A stretch of DNA of 64,000 nt from Candidatus Micrarchaeota archaeon (GTDB lineage: Archaea; Micrarchaeota; Micrarchaeia; Anstonellales; Bilamarchaeaceae), in the NCBI GenBank assembly GCA_043821365.1, contig JBDRCX010000006.1, positions 704,001 through 768,000 on the forward strand. The letters are read 5' to 3'. This document shows positions 46,802-57,194 of this stretch, in pieces (position 1 is the first letter of the stretch; each line of letters starts with the position of its first letter). Both the position numbers and the translations under genes were made by a program. The notes below the pieces were generated by a model. It made no database searches and was not told the origin of the DNA. It saw nothing but the letters and a program-made list of their open reading frames with translations.

Positions 46802-47701
46802 TTAAATTATACTAGTTGCAAAAGAATCGAACTTTTTTTCTGTTAATTTTACTGCTATTTTTTTTGCATGGTCTTGGTCTTTAGCAAGTGCAATGCAGCA
46901 CCCTCCTCCTCCTCCACCAGTTACCTTTGCACCCAAAGCACCTTCTTCTATTGCTATTTTATTTATCTCATCATTTTTTTCATTGGAAACTCCTATTTCT
47001 GATAAAAGTTTCTGATTATTGTTCATAAGAATTCCAATCTTTTCTAAACTGCCGTCTTCAATGGCCTTTTTTCCTTGAGCTTCAATATCCAAATATTCAT
47101 CCAAAAGTTGCTGAAATTGTTCCCCATCATCATCCTTTAATTTTTGAACTCCTGCAACCATTTTTGCGGTTTCACTATATTTTCCGCTAAAAGCAATTAC
47201 AATGTCTAATGTTTTTTTTGGTTTTAAGAATGTTAATCTGTTTTCATTTGAAGCATTTCCTCTTATATATTCTGCAATACCTCCATATGTTGCTATGGTA
47301 TTGTCTACTCCACTTGGATTTCCGTGAAAAGCTTTTTCTCCATCATAAGCATGTTTGTTTATCTGTTCATCAGTTAGCTTTAGCTTTTTCTCATCTGCAA
47401 ATGCCCTTACCATACCAACACAAAAAGCTGCAGACGATCCAAGGCCTCCATATGTTGGAAGGTCACCCGTAAGATGAACGTGGTATTTTTCCTTGATATT
47501 CATACTTTCAATAACTGCGTTTATACCACCCAAACTCATATCTGGCACAACTACCATTTTTGTTATTATTTTGTTTTCATTTGCTTTATCAACTTTAACA
47601 ATTGCTTTGTTTGCTATCCCTCCTGCTATTGCAGGTGCTCCATGAACAACAAAGTGCTCACCAAAAAGAATTACTTTACCATGGCCAGTACCTTCTCCCA
47701 A
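46802..47701 (-). CDS. mvk: Mevalonate kinase
   Basis: GKVILFGEHFVVHG, GLGSSAA, HGNPSGVD, GAKVTGGGGGG. Confidence 0.93.
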   Translation of the reverse strand: MGEGTGHGKVILFGEHFVVHGAPAIAGGIANKAIVKVDKANENKIITKMVVVPDMSLGGINAVIESMNIKEKYHVHLTGDLPTYGGLGSSAAFCVGMVRAFADEKKLKLTDEQINKHAYDGEKAFHGNPSGVDNTIATYGGIAEYIRGNASNENRLTFLKPKKTLDIVIAFSGKYSETAKMVAGVQKLKDDDGEQFQQLLDEYLDIEAQGKKAIEDGSLEKIGILMNNNQKLLSEIGVSNEKNDEINKIAIEEGALGAKVTGGGGGGCCIALAKDQDHAKKIAVKLTEKKFDSFATSII

Positions 47702-47705
47702 AAAT

Positions 47706-48485
47706 TCACCCTTTCGGTTTCCTGCCCTTTACTTTTGGTGGTTTAATGTCTGGGTGTGCGTCGGTAAGCATTCCAGGACTTGCATATGGTTTGTATCCAA
47801 TAGTTTCAAAGACTTTGCAAATAAGGTAGGCATCTTCAGGACCGTTTGTTAATTTTGGTTCCAGCTCCTTTAATGCAACAAGAAGATTTGTGTATGCTTT
47901 TCGTTTTCCTTTTGTTACATTTTCAACTAGGGTGTCATCCTTATTGATGCCAGCAAACTCAAATGCTTTATTCACTATGGAATGATTAACTCCAGATAAA
48001 ATAGCAGAAACTTCGTAATCTTGAACTTTTTCTATTCCTAATTTTTTTACTGAAACCCATTCATTGTATTTCCCCATAAATCCGATGAAATCTTCTATTT
48101 TTTCATTAGCTGGTTTTGGTGCATTTGTTGGCATTATTTTGAATTGTACATTTGCTTGCGTAAGTAGTTTATTGAATAAATAACACTCAGCAACACAAAT
48201 TAGTTTTGGATTATCTACACAAGTTCCAAGTGTATCTCTTAGTTTTGCTGCATTTTCAATAAATTCAATAACTGCTTTCAAACCAGTTCCTTTTAGTTTC
48301 ACCATCTCATCTATTTTTTTGGTATTAATACCTGAAAATTCATATGCTGGTTGTTCTATGTTTGAACTGATAAAAGCAAGAACCTGTGCAACTTCTTTTG
48401 GTTCTTTATCTTTAAGGTCAAATGCAACACCCAATCGAAATCCCTTATATTCTCCCGTAAATATCACTTCATTTTTTCCATACAT
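47706..48485 (-). CDS. DUF2666-like archaeal protein with internal duplication
   Basis: Two F(T/M)G.Y...-E-V-x-x-x-L units; C-terminal PKVKGRKPK. Confidence 0.5.
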   Translation of the reverse strand: MYGKNEVIFTGEYKGFRLGVAFDLKDKEPKEVAQVLAFISSNIEQPAYEFSGINTKKIDEMVKLKGTGLKAVIEFIENAAKLRDTLGTCVDNPKLICVAECYLFNKLLTQANVQFKIMPTNAPKPANEKIEDFIGFMGKYNEWVSVKKLGIEKVQDYEVSAILSGVNHSIVNKAFEFAGINKDDTLVENVTKGKRKAYTNLLVALKELEPKLTNGPEDAYLICKVFETIGYKPYASPGMLTDAHPDIKPPKVKGRKPKG

Positions 48486-48546
48486 ATTGATAACCCAGAA
48501 TTTCTTATCTAAATAAGTTATTAAAGCTTAAATCAAAACTAACTAC

Positions 48547-49737
48547 ATGCGCAGAAGAATGCACATGGTTCAGATTAAAAAACCTCCATCTCCTCCAACA
48601 CTGATAGGTAAGGCATATTCACCCGAAATGATCCAAAAACTTGTCTCAGAACTTTCCAGTGGAAGTTCTGATAGAGAAATAAAAGCATTTAGCGAGTTTG
48701 TAGATCATCAGGAGCAAGTCTTTTCAAGTATTTCAGATATTCCAGATCTTACAAATACTGAAGTTATTGAACTAATTCTTGCAACTGTTATGCGTTATGA
48801 TGATGAGATTATAAAAAATCTGGAAGCTGAAAAAAAGAAAAAACAACTCCAATTCCTTGCAACTACTCCATATATTCCATTTCCAATACAAGAAAAAGCA
48901 AAAGCAGCAGTAAAGCGTTTGCACACTGGAAAATTTCAAGAAAAAGTTACAATTCCTCCTCTGCATGTTAATACATACAGTCCTAAAAGAGTAGAATTAC
49001 TTGTGCAAAATTTGAATTCAGAAAGAAAAGAACAAAAAATTCCAGCAGCAGTTGAATTTATTCATAATTATCCCCGTATTACTCCAACAGTTTCAAAAAT
49101 GCCAATGCTCACCGTAACCCAGGTGACTACAAAAGCAATCGAAATCATAGATCAAAATCCAAAGGAAGTTATACGTATAATGGTAAGTAAAAAAATGGTT
49201 TCTGAATTGTTTTTTCTGGCTTCCCTTTCTCAAGCGCCACCTAAAATCAGAGATATGGCTAGAAAAGCAGCAGAGACTCTACAATTAAAGTTACGTTTGC
49301 CTTCTCAAAAACCGCCAACCCAAATGCCAAAACAAAGTCCAAAGCCTACAGATGTACGAGTTCAAACACTGAAATTACAAAAATCTTATATGCCATTGGA
49401 ATTGGAAGCTTTAGTTAGTGGTCTTGGAAGTGTGGAGAGTGTCAGGTCAGTAAAAGCAGCGATAGAATTTTTGAAAAACTATCAAATTATAGCTGAGACA
49501 ATTGCTAAAACACCACAGATTACTATAACTGAGGTTACTACTAAAGTCGCACAAGTAGTTGATAATAACCTAGACGTGATCCTCAAAGAATTGGAAAGAC
49601 AAAAAGCAGTTCATGCGGTGAATTTCTTAGCAAATTCTGAAAAGTTTTCAATGGCAGTACGAGAGCAAGCAAAGAAATTATTGGAAAGAATGCAGAACCC
49701 ATTTTACACTGCGAAAAAAAGTGCTGAGAAAAAGTAA
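48547..49737 (+). CDS. Orphan protein with three ~100-aa helical repeats
   Basis: Repeated P..(L/V)..LV..L.S....A..EF...P.(L/I)T.T(E/Q)V...FLA....AKK pattern. Confidence 0.75.
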   Translation: MRRRMHMVQIKKPPSPPTLIGKAYSPEMIQKLVSELSSGSSDREIKAFSEFVDHQEQVFSSISDIPDLTNTEVIELILATVMRYDDEIIKNLEAEKKKKQLQFLATTPYIPFPIQEKAKAAVKRLHTGKFQEKVTIPPLHVNTYSPKRVELLVQNLNSERKEQKIPAAVEFIHNYPRITPTVSKMPMLTVTQVTTKAIEIIDQNPKEVIRIMVSKKMVSELFFLASLSQAPPKIRDMARKAAETLQLKLRLPSQKPPTQMPKQSPKPTDVRVQTLKLQKSYMPLELEALVSGLGSVESVRSVKAAIEFLKNYQIIAETIAKTPQITITEVTTKVAQVVDNNLDVILKELERQKAVHAVNFLANSEKFSMAVREQAKKLLERMQNPFYTAKKSAEKK

Positions 49738-49770
49738 TTATAAATGTGATCTATCATTACTTTCAACTAC

Positions 49771-49998
49771 GCCCCTGTAGCGCAGTCCGCTTTTTAGGAA
49801 AAAGCTTGGCAAAAACTGGTTGTTGTTTTTGTAGTTTTCTAATAAAAAGCAGGTGTTAAGGTAGCGCGCGTCCTTGGTATCGCACCTTTTTTCAAAAAGG
49901 TGCGCCAAAAACTTTTGTAAATAGTGACCCAGTTTTGGGCCGCCTTTTACCAAAAGGCGGAGAGGACGAGGCCGCGAGTTCAATTCTCGCCGGGGGCT
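49771..49998 (+). tRNA. tRNA-Thr(GGT) with D-loop intron (about 49787-49859) and 83-nt anticodon-loop insert (49880-49962)
   Basis: GCCCCTG/CGGGGGC-T73; D-stem GCGC/GCGC; anticodon stem CGTCC/GGACG; T-arm GCGAG-TTCAATT-CTCGC. Confidence 0.88.
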
Positions 49999-50009
49999 TC
50001 TTATTGTTT

Positions 50010-50029
50010 GTGGAAACCACGGTTTCCAC
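50010..50029. repeat. GTGGAAAC palindrome, copy 2, just downstream of tRNA-Thr
   Basis: GTGGAAACC-AC-GGTTTCCAC; matches 3181-3199. Confidence 0.7.
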
Positions 50030-50101
50030 ACCTTTCGTTATCCTTTGGCTAGCACCCTCAGATCGTCTCTAATCATTTATGGCTATTTAGCTATATTTAT
50101 A

Positions 50102-50119
50102 AATTAGGTGCACCTAATT
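50102..50119 (+). promoter_or_regulatory. Putative DtxR-family operator
   Basis: Perfect 18-bp palindrome AATTAGGTGCACCTAATT (TTAGG...CCTAA core) directly after a TTTATAA TATA-like box and before the dtxR-feo operon. Confidence 0.7.
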
Positions 50120-50125
50120 CCGCTC

Positions 50126-50506
50126 ATGAAGCATAGTAAGCAGGTTAGTGCCAGTATTGATGAATATATCGAAGAAATGTATCGCTGCAATCTAAACAAA
50201 AAACCAATCACCACTAAAAATCTAGCTCAAAAATTAAAAATATCAATGCCATCAGTAAGTGAAATGCTTCCTAAATTAAGAGAAAGAAACCTCATATTAT
50301 ACCAACCAAGAAAAGAAATCAAACTTACCAAAAAAGGGAAAAAATTAGGCTTAAATATATATAAAAAACACGAAACAATAAAGAAATTTTTTATAATGCT
50401 CGGACTTGGGAAAAAGAAAGCAACAGAGCAGGCATGTAGAATTGAACACGAACTTAGTGATGTGGCACTTAAGAAACTCGAACTTTTTTTGAAAAAATTA
50501 AAATAG
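50126..50506 (+). CDS. DtxR/MntR-family metal-dependent regulator
   Basis: EYIEEMY, SMPSVSEML, LTKKG, KHE, EQACRIEH. Confidence 0.92.
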   Translation: MKHSKQVSASIDEYIEEMYRCNLNKKPITTKNLAQKLKISMPSVSEMLPKLRERNLILYQPRKEIKLTKKGKKLGLNIYKKHETIKKFFIMLGLGKKKATEQACRIEHELSDVALKKLELFLKKLK

Positions 50507-50514
50507 GTGTTGCA

Positions 50515-50730
50515 TTGAACCTGCTTGATGTGAAAGAAGGAATAGAATTATCTGTAAAAAAAGTTGATGGGGGTCAGGCTCTCTCACTTCGATTAAGTGA
50601 GCTTGGAATCTTTGAAGGTTCAAAGATCAAAGTTCTGAAAAACAAAAGGGGTCCAGTTATCTTGTGTGTCTTCGGATCAACACTTGCAATTGGAAGAGGC
50701 CAGGCAAAAAAGATAGAGGTAAGCAAATGA
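50515..50730 (+). CDS. feoA: Ferrous iron transport protein A
   Basis: RLSELGIFEG, GPVI, LAIGRGQA. Confidence 0.92.
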   Translation: MNLLDVKEGIELSVKKVDGGQALSLRLSELGIFEGSKIKVLKNKRGPVILCVFGSTLAIGRGQAKKIEVSK

Positions 50731-52520
50731 TTCGTGTTGCATTGCTTGGGAATCCAAATGTTGGAAAATCAAGTCTATTCAATTCATTAACTGGTCAGAA
50801 ACAGAAAGTTGCCAACTGGCCAGGAAAAACAATAGAATGCAAAAAAGGAATTTGCAAGGTTGGAGGTGACGACATTGAAATTTTCGACCTTCCTGGAACA
50901 TATAGCCTTTCTCCATTCTCAGATGATGAAAAAATTGTTGATGAAACATTAAAATCAGTTGATTTTGATGTTATTATACAAATTGCAGACAGTTCCAATA
51001 TTGAAAGAAATCTTTACCTTACTCTTGAACTTCTAGAAAGAACCAGGAAAGTGGTTGTAGCATTGAATATGGATGACATTGCGACTAAAGAAGGGATGAA
51101 AATAGACGAAAAAAAACTTTCAAAAATTTTTGGAATTGATTTTGTAAAGATAGATGCAAGAAAGAAAAATACACTCGGTAATCTTTTGTTGCATGCAATT
51201 AACGTTGCCAAACATCCAAAATCAAAATCAGAAGCGTTACAGTCACCCAAAGCCCGTTACAAACTTATACAAAAAGCAGTGCAGGAATCAGTCAGCTGCA
51301 AATCAAAAATAAATGAAAATTGGTTTGATAAAATTGCACTTAACCAGTATCTTGGTCCGATTCTTTTCCTTCTAATAATGTTTTCTGTTTTCCATCTAAC
51401 ATTTATTCTATCAGAACCATTGTCTGTTCTTGTTGATTTTGTTTGGGGATTACCCACATCGTATTTTGTTGAAATCATAGAGTCAATAGATTCTCTTCCT
51501 AACTGGATCGTGTCTCTATTGGAAGATGGAATTATTGCAGGTGTTGGTAGTATAATCTCTTTTTTCCCACCGATTGCAGTAATGATGTTCCTTCTTTATT
51601 TTCTTGAAGACTCAGGATATTTGGCACGGGCAGTTGTCGTCTTAGACAGTCTCTTGAAAAAATTTGGGCTTGGAGGAAAAGCGTTTATACCTCTTCTTCT
51701 TGGTACAGGATGCAATGTCCCTGCAATCATGGCTACAAGAATTATAAAAGACACGAAAACAAAGCTTATTACGATATTCAGTATCCCTTTTATGTCTTGT
51801 TCTGCACGTTTACCTGTTTATGTTCTTTTTGCAGGTGTATTCTTCCCAAATAATGAGGCAAACATAATATTCTTCATGTATATTCTTGGTTTTGTTGTTG
51901 CAATTTTGAATGCATTACTCCTGAAAACATTTGTGTTCAAGAAAGAAGATGAAGAGCTTTTAATTGAACTTCCAAAATATCATTGGCCATACCTAAAGAA
52001 TCTTTTTATCGAGACAAAGATGAGCGTAGAACATTTTGCTAGAAGAGCAGGTACAGTTATCCTCATCGCATCAGTTGCGATCTGGTTTCTTTCCAGTGCT
52101 CCATATGGTGTTGATTACGGTTCAAAGGAAAGTGTTGCAGGTATCATAGGCAGTACAATTGCACCACTATTCTCTCCACTTGGTTTTGATTCATGGCAGT
52201 CTGGTCTTGCATTATTCAATGGAATGGTTGCCAAGGAAATAGTTATAAGTTCATTTGCAACGACTTATGGTGTTGGTGAAGAAGCTGAACTCTCCTCTTT
52301 GATATTACAAGATTTTAGTACACCTTCTGCATTGGCATTTATGGTTTTTGTTCTCTTATACGTTCCATGTTTTGCTGCTATGGGAACCATAAAGAGCGAA
52401 ACAAAGTCATGGAAAATGACTATATTATCCGCAATCTACTATATTGTTGTTGCATATGGAATCTCATTTCTGATATATTCTTTAGCCTTGAATTTCTGGG
52501 GTGATTTTAATGGATTATGA
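50727..52520 (+). CDS. feoB: Ferrous iron transport protein B
   Basis: GNPNVGKS, DLPGTYSL, GTGCNVPA, PFMSCSARLPVY, LYVPC; ATG at 50727. Confidence 0.95.
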   Translation: MIRVALLGNPNVGKSSLFNSLTGQKQKVANWPGKTIECKKGICKVGGDDIEIFDLPGTYSLSPFSDDEKIVDETLKSVDFDVIIQIADSSNIERNLYLTLELLERTRKVVVALNMDDIATKEGMKIDEKKLSKIFGIDFVKIDARKKNTLGNLLLHAINVAKHPKSKSEALQSPKARYKLIQKAVQESVSCKSKINENWFDKIALNQYLGPILFLLIMFSVFHLTFILSEPLSVLVDFVWGLPTSYFVEIIESIDSLPNWIVSLLEDGIIAGVGSIISFFPPIAVMMFLLYFLEDSGYLARAVVVLDSLLKKFGLGGKAFIPLLLGTGCNVPAIMATRIIKDTKTKLITIFSIPFMSCSARLPVYVLFAGVFFPNNEANIIFFMYILGFVVAILNALLLKTFVFKKEDEELLIELPKYHWPYLKNLFIETKMSVEHFARRAGTVILIASVAIWFLSSAPYGVDYGSKESVAGIIGSTIAPLFSPLGFDSWQSGLALFNGMVAKEIVISSFATTYGVGEEAELSSLILQDFSTPSALAFMVFVLLYVPCFAAMGTIKSETKSWKMTILSAIYYIVVAYGISFLIYSLALNFWGDFNGL

Positions 52521-52662
52521 GATTATTTCATTCTATGTGTTTGGATCTGTTATTCTCCTACTCATAATCTTTTATGTGAGGGGGTCTCTTTTCAAATATG
52601 GAAGTTGTAGTGGATGTCCATCTAGTGGAAATTGTATCATCGAGAAAAAATTCAAATCATAA
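52510..52662 (+). CDS. FeoB-associated Cys-rich membrane microprotein
   Basis: TM followed by GSCSGCPSSGNC; overlaps the feoB stop. Confidence 0.8.
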   Translation: MDYEIISFYVFGSVILLLIIFYVRGSLFKYGSCSGCPSSGNCIIEKKFKS

Positions 52663-52762
52663 TCTTTCGTCACCTGTCGTTTCGAAAGGTGACAACATTT
52701 ATAAATTACCAATTCAATCTTGTACTCTAATTCTAATACCATCAGATTAATGGCGGGATTTA

Positions 52763-54679
52763 ATGACGAATCTAACTGAAAAAATTATCAAAGAACATCT
52801 AAAAGAAGGAGAAATGAAAACTGGCCAGGAAATTGGAATAAAAATCGACCAAACACTAACCCAAGATGCTACAGGAACTATGGCTTTTTTAGAATTTGAA
52901 GCTATAGGTCTACCGAGGGTTAAAACTGAGACAGCAGTTAGCTATGTTGATCATAATACTCTTCAAACTGATTTTAGAAACCAGGATGATCATCTTTATC
53001 TTCAAAGTGTTGCAGCAAAATTTGGTGTTAATTTTTCAAGAGCAGGTAATGGTATCTGTCACCAAGTTCATTTAGAAAGATTTGCAGTTCCTGGAAAAAC
53101 AATTCTTGGAAGCGATTCACACACACCAACTGCAGGTGGCATTGGTGCAATTGCAATTGGTGCAGGTGGTCTTGATGTTGCAATTGCAATGGGGGGCGGT
53201 TCATTCTATTTAGAGATGCCTAAGGTTATAGGTGTAAAATTAATCGGCAAACTCCCAGAATGGAGCTCTGCAAAAGATGTTATCTTAGAATTATTACGAA
53301 AACTCACAGTGAAGGGCGGGGTTGGTAAAGTATTCGAATATTTTGGTCCTGGAGTTGAAACATTGTCTGTTCCTGAACGTGCAACAATAACCAATATGGG
53401 TGCAGAACTTGGTGCAACAACAAGCATTTTTCCAAGTGATCAAATAACTTTTAAATATTTGAAAATGCAACAACGTGAAAAATTCTGGAAAGAATTGAAG
53501 GGAGATGGTAGTGAAGATTATTCTGAAATAATAGAACTTGATCTAAGTAAAATCGAACCACTTTTAGCAAAACCACACTCTCCAGATGCAGTTGTTTCTG
53601 CAAAAGAACTGAAAGGTACAAAAGTTACTCAAGTGATCGTTGGTTCATGTACTAATAGTTCATACAAGGATCTTATGACAGTTGCAGCAGTTGTAAAAGG
53701 TAAAAAGGTTCATCCAGATGTTAGTTTTGCAATTGTTCCTGGTTCAAAACAAGTTTATGAACAAATAGCTAGAAATGGTGCGCTTGCAGATCTTATTGCA
53801 GCAGGTGCGAGGATTCTTGAAAGTGCATGTGGTCCTTGCATTGGTATGGGTCAGGCACCATCAAGCGAAGGAGTCAGTATACGTTCGTTCAACAGAAATT
53901 TCAAAGGAAGATGTGGAACTCCGAATGCATTTGTCTATCTTGCATCACCAGAAGTCTGTGCTGCATGTGCATTAAAAGGAGAAATTACAGACCCAAGAGA
54001 ACTTGGTGCTGCACCAAAAATAGAATGGCCGGAAAAAATAGATGTAGATGATTCAATGATTATCCCTCCATCAAATGGCAGTGTTGAAGTGGTCAGAGGA
54101 CCAAACATTAAACCATTACCAGATATGAAGCCATTAGAAAACTCTTTCCAAAAAGAAGTTTTGCTAAAACTTGGAGATAATGTAACTACTGATCACATTA
54201 TGCCAGCAGGTGCAAAAATTCTTCCATTAAGAAGCAACATCCCAGCAATAAGTGAATTCGTCTTCAGTGCTGTTGATCCAGAGTTTGTTTCAAGAGCAAA
54301 AGAAAAACAAGGAGGAATAATTATTGGTGGAGATAATTATGGTCAGGGAAGTTCTCGCGAACATGCTGCAATTGCTCCTCTTTATCTTGGCATTAAAGCA
54401 GTTATAGTGAAGAAATTTGCAAGAATCCATAAAGCTAATTTAGTTAATTTTGGAATTTTGCCATTAACATTTGCAGATCCTGCTGATTATGATAAAATAG
54501 AGCAGGGCGATGTGCTTGAACTTGATGGTATTGTGGATGGAGTGAATCGCGGTACAATAAAAGTAAAAAACACCACCAAAAATTACGAGTTTTCAACAAA
54601 ATTTGATGCTACTAAAAGAAATACTGAAATGCTTTTAGCAGGCGGGTTAATTAACCTGACAAAAAACAAAGGAGAGTGA
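52763..54679 (+). CDS. acn: Aconitate hydratase (single-chain, short type)
   Basis: [51 protein letters not shown]. Confidence 0.9.
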   Translation: MTNLTEKIIKEHLKEGEMKTGQEIGIKIDQTLTQDATGTMAFLEFEAIGLPRVKTETAVSYVDHNTLQTDFRNQDDHLYLQSVAAKFGVNFSRAGNGICHQVHLERFAVPGKTILGSDSHTPTAGGIGAIAIGAGGLDVAIAMGGGSFYLEMPKVIGVKLIGKLPEWSSAKDVILELLRKLTVKGGVGKVFEYFGPGVETLSVPERATITNMGAELGATTSIFPSDQITFKYLKMQQREKFWKELKGDGSEDYSEIIELDLSKIEPLLAKPHSPDAVVSAKELKGTKVTQVIVGSCTNSSYKDLMTVAAVVKGKKVHPDVSFAIVPGSKQVYEQIARNGALADLIAAGARILESACGPCIGMGQAPSSEGVSIRSFNRNFKGRCGTPNAFVYLASPEVCAACALKGEITDPRELGAAPKIEWPEKIDVDDSMIIPPSNGSVEVVRGPNIKPLPDMKPLENSFQKEVLLKLGDNVTTDHIMPAGAKILPLRSNIPAISEFVFSAVDPEFVSRAKEKQGGIIIGGDNYGQGSSREHAAIAPLYLGIKAVIVKKFARIHKANLVNFGILPLTFADPADYDKIEQGDVLELDGIVDGVNRGTIKVKNTTKNYEFSTKFDATKRNTEMLLAGGLINLTKNKGE

Positions 54680-54683
54680 AATT

Positions 54684-55925
54684 ATGGTAGAATTTTCTGA
54701 TTTGAAACCACTAGAAGGAAGTATTATTTCGATGAAAGATGGCAAGCTACATGTTCCGGACGATCCAATCATTCCAGTAATTGAAGGGGATGGAGTTGGA
54801 ATTGATATTTCACCAGTTATGAAAAAAGTTGTTGATGCTGCAGTTCAAAAAGCATATGATGGCAAGAAAAAAATTGTCTGGTTTAAAATTCTTGCAGGAG
54901 ATGAAAGTTTTAACAAATACAAAAACTATCTTCCAGATGATACGGTTAATGCAGTAAGACACTACCTTGTAGCAATCAAGGGTCCACTTACAACACCAGT
55001 TGGTGGTGGTCATAGAAGTTTGAATGTCACATTGAGACAATTATTGGATTTGTATTGCTGTGTTCGTCCTGTTCGTTATTTTGATGGTGTTCCAGCTCCA
55101 GTAAAAGATCCAAAAAAACTTGATATTGTAGTTTTCCGTGAAAATACTGAAGATGTTTATGCAGGTATTGAATGGAAAGAAGGAACAGAAGAAGCAAAAA
55201 AAGTAATTGATTTTCTTAATACAACAATGGGAAAGAAAATTGCTGCAGATTCTGGTATTGGTGTAAAACCAATAAGTATTACCAGAACAAAAAGGCTTGT
55301 TGAAGCAGCAATTAACTATGCAATCAAATACAATAGAAAAACAGTTACACTTATGCACAAAGGAAACATAATGAAATTCACCGAAGGTGCATTCCGTGAA
55401 TGGGGCTATGAAGTTGCAAAAGAAAAATTCAGAGACAAAATTGTCACTGAAGAAGAAGTAAATAATGGTGCAAGTAAAGAAGGGAAAATCCTAATTAATG
55501 ATAGAATAGCAGATAGCATGTTCCAGCAAGTTTTGTTAAGGCCTGATGAATATGATGTGATTGCAACAACCAATTTGAATGGTGATTATATAAGTGATGC
55601 TGCAGCAGCTCAAGTTGGTGGTCTTGGAATTGCTCCAGGTGGAAATATCAATTACAAGACAGGCCATGCATTCTTTGAAGCAACTCATGGCACTGCACCA
55701 AAACACGCAGGCCAGGATAAAGTGAACCCTGGTTCATTGATTCTTTCTGCAGTCATGATGCTTGAGTACATGGAATGGACCGAAGCTTCAAATCTTATTC
55801 TGAAAGGTTTTGAAGAAACAATAAAACAGAAAATTGTCACCTATGATCTTGCACGCCAGACTGAAGGTGCAAAAGAAGTGAAATGTTCTGAATTTGGGGA
55901 TACAATAATCAAGAATATGAGCTAA
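54684..55925 (+). CDS. icd: Isocitrate dehydrogenase (NADP, prokaryotic type)
   Basis: [47 protein letters not shown]. Confidence 0.95.
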   Translation: MVEFSDLKPLEGSIISMKDGKLHVPDDPIIPVIEGDGVGIDISPVMKKVVDAAVQKAYDGKKKIVWFKILAGDESFNKYKNYLPDDTVNAVRHYLVAIKGPLTTPVGGGHRSLNVTLRQLLDLYCCVRPVRYFDGVPAPVKDPKKLDIVVFRENTEDVYAGIEWKEGTEEAKKVIDFLNTTMGKKIAADSGIGVKPISITRTKRLVEAAINYAIKYNRKTVTLMHKGNIMKFTEGAFREWGYEVAKEKFRDKIVTEEEVNNGASKEGKILINDRIADSMFQQVLLRPDEYDVIATTNLNGDYISDAAAAQVGGLGIAPGGNINYKTGHAFFEATHGTAPKHAGQDKVNPGSLILSAVMMLEYMEWTEASNLILKGFEETIKQKIVTYDLARQTEGAKEVKCSEFGDTIIKNMS

Positions 55926-55934
55926 AGTGATCAT

Positions 55935-57194
55935 ATGTCAAGAAAAAAAATCAGAGAATATGATGCAAAGAAATTACTATCAAATAATCTGGCAAACTAT
56001 GGCTACGAAATGAAGTTGGAAGTTGCACTTGCTGATCAAACATCAATTGATGATAATTTCACAAAACTCTCTGCTGAAAATCCCTGGCTTAAAACAAAAA
56101 AACTTGTTATCAAGCCAGATCAACTGATAGGCAAGAAAGGAAAGCACAACCTTGTTCTTTTGAATGCAGATTTTGATGCTGCTAAAAAATTCATAAAAGA
56201 AAACATGGGAAAAACACTCGAAGTTCAGAAGATTAATGGTGTACTCACTCATTTTATTATTGAGCCATTTGTTGAGCATGGCGATGAGTATTTCTTGGCA
56301 ATAATGTCAAAAAGAGACCATGATGTTATTCTGTTTTCTGAGAAAGGTGGAGTTGATGTTGAAGAAAATTGGGATGCCGTCATGCATTTTGAAGTGCCAA
56401 TTGATTCTGATGCCGATTCAATTGAAATAAATATCCCTCTTCAAGGAGATAAAAAAGCAAAGATGATTTCATTTATCAAAGCACTTTACAAATATTCTGT
56501 TGATTTTGGCTGTACATATATTGAAATGAATCCAATTTCATTTGACAAAAACAATGAACTAAAACCACTTGGTTTTGTTTGCGAACTTGATGATTGTGAA
56601 TATTTCAAATGCGAAACTAAATGGGATGGTTTAGAGTTCCCAGAACAGTTTGGAAGGAAAAAATACCAAGAAGAAGAATTTGTGACACAACTTGATGATA
56701 AAACAGGCGCATCACTCAAACTAACCGTAATCAATCCCGAGGGGAAAATCTGGCTTTTAGTTGCAGGTGGAGGTGCAAGTGTAATTTACACTGATACAGT
56801 TGTAGACCTTGGTTATGGTAATGAGCTTGGTAATTACGGTGAATACAGTGGAGATCCTAATGAGGAAGAAACCTATCAATATTCAAAAACAGTTCTTGAT
56901 CTTGCAACAAGGAAAAACGGAAAAATTCTTCTAATTGGTGGTGGAGTTGCAAACTTCACCAACGTGGCTAACACATTCAAAGGAATAATCCGTGCATTAA
57001 GAGAAGCAAAAGAAAAACTCAAGAAAAATAAAATGCAAATTTATGTTCGTAGGGGCGGTCCAAATTTTGAAGAAGGACTAAAAATGATGAAAGAACTTGG
57101 AAAAGAACTTGAAATTCCAATAGAAGTTTATGGTCCTGAAACACACATGACCAAGATAGTTGATCTTGCAGTAAATCATCTGAAGAGTGGTTAA
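55935..57194 (+). CDS. aclB: ATP-citrate lyase beta (ATP-grasp/citrate-binding) subunit
   Basis: KPDQLIGKKGK, AGGGASVIYTDT, NYGEYSG, IGGGVANFTNVA.TF, RRGGPNF. Confidence 0.9.
   Translation: MSRKKIREYDAKKLLSNNLANYGYEMKLEVALADQTSIDDNFTKLSAENPWLKTKKLVIKPDQLIGKKGKHNLVLLNADFDAAKKFIKENMGKTLEVQKINGVLTHFIIEPFVEHGDEYFLAIMSKRDHDVILFSEKGGVDVEENWDAVMHFEVPIDSDADSIEINIPLQGDKKAKMISFIKALYKYSVDFGCTYIEMNPISFDKNNELKPLGFVCELDDCEYFKCETKWDGLEFPEQFGRKKYQEEEFVTQLDDKTGASLKLTVINPEGKIWLLVAGGGASVIYTDTVVDLGYGNELGNYGEYSGDPNEEETYQYSKTVLDLATRKNGKILLIGGGVANFTNVANTFKGIIRALREAKEKLKKNKMQIYVRRGGPNFEEGLKMMKELGKELEIPIEVYGPETHMTKIVDLAVNHLKSG

Noticed and set aside
49738-50031. 97-aa minus ORF; likewise 61000..61185(-)
   Set aside because: They coincide with the tRNA-Thr and tRNA-Arg genes.
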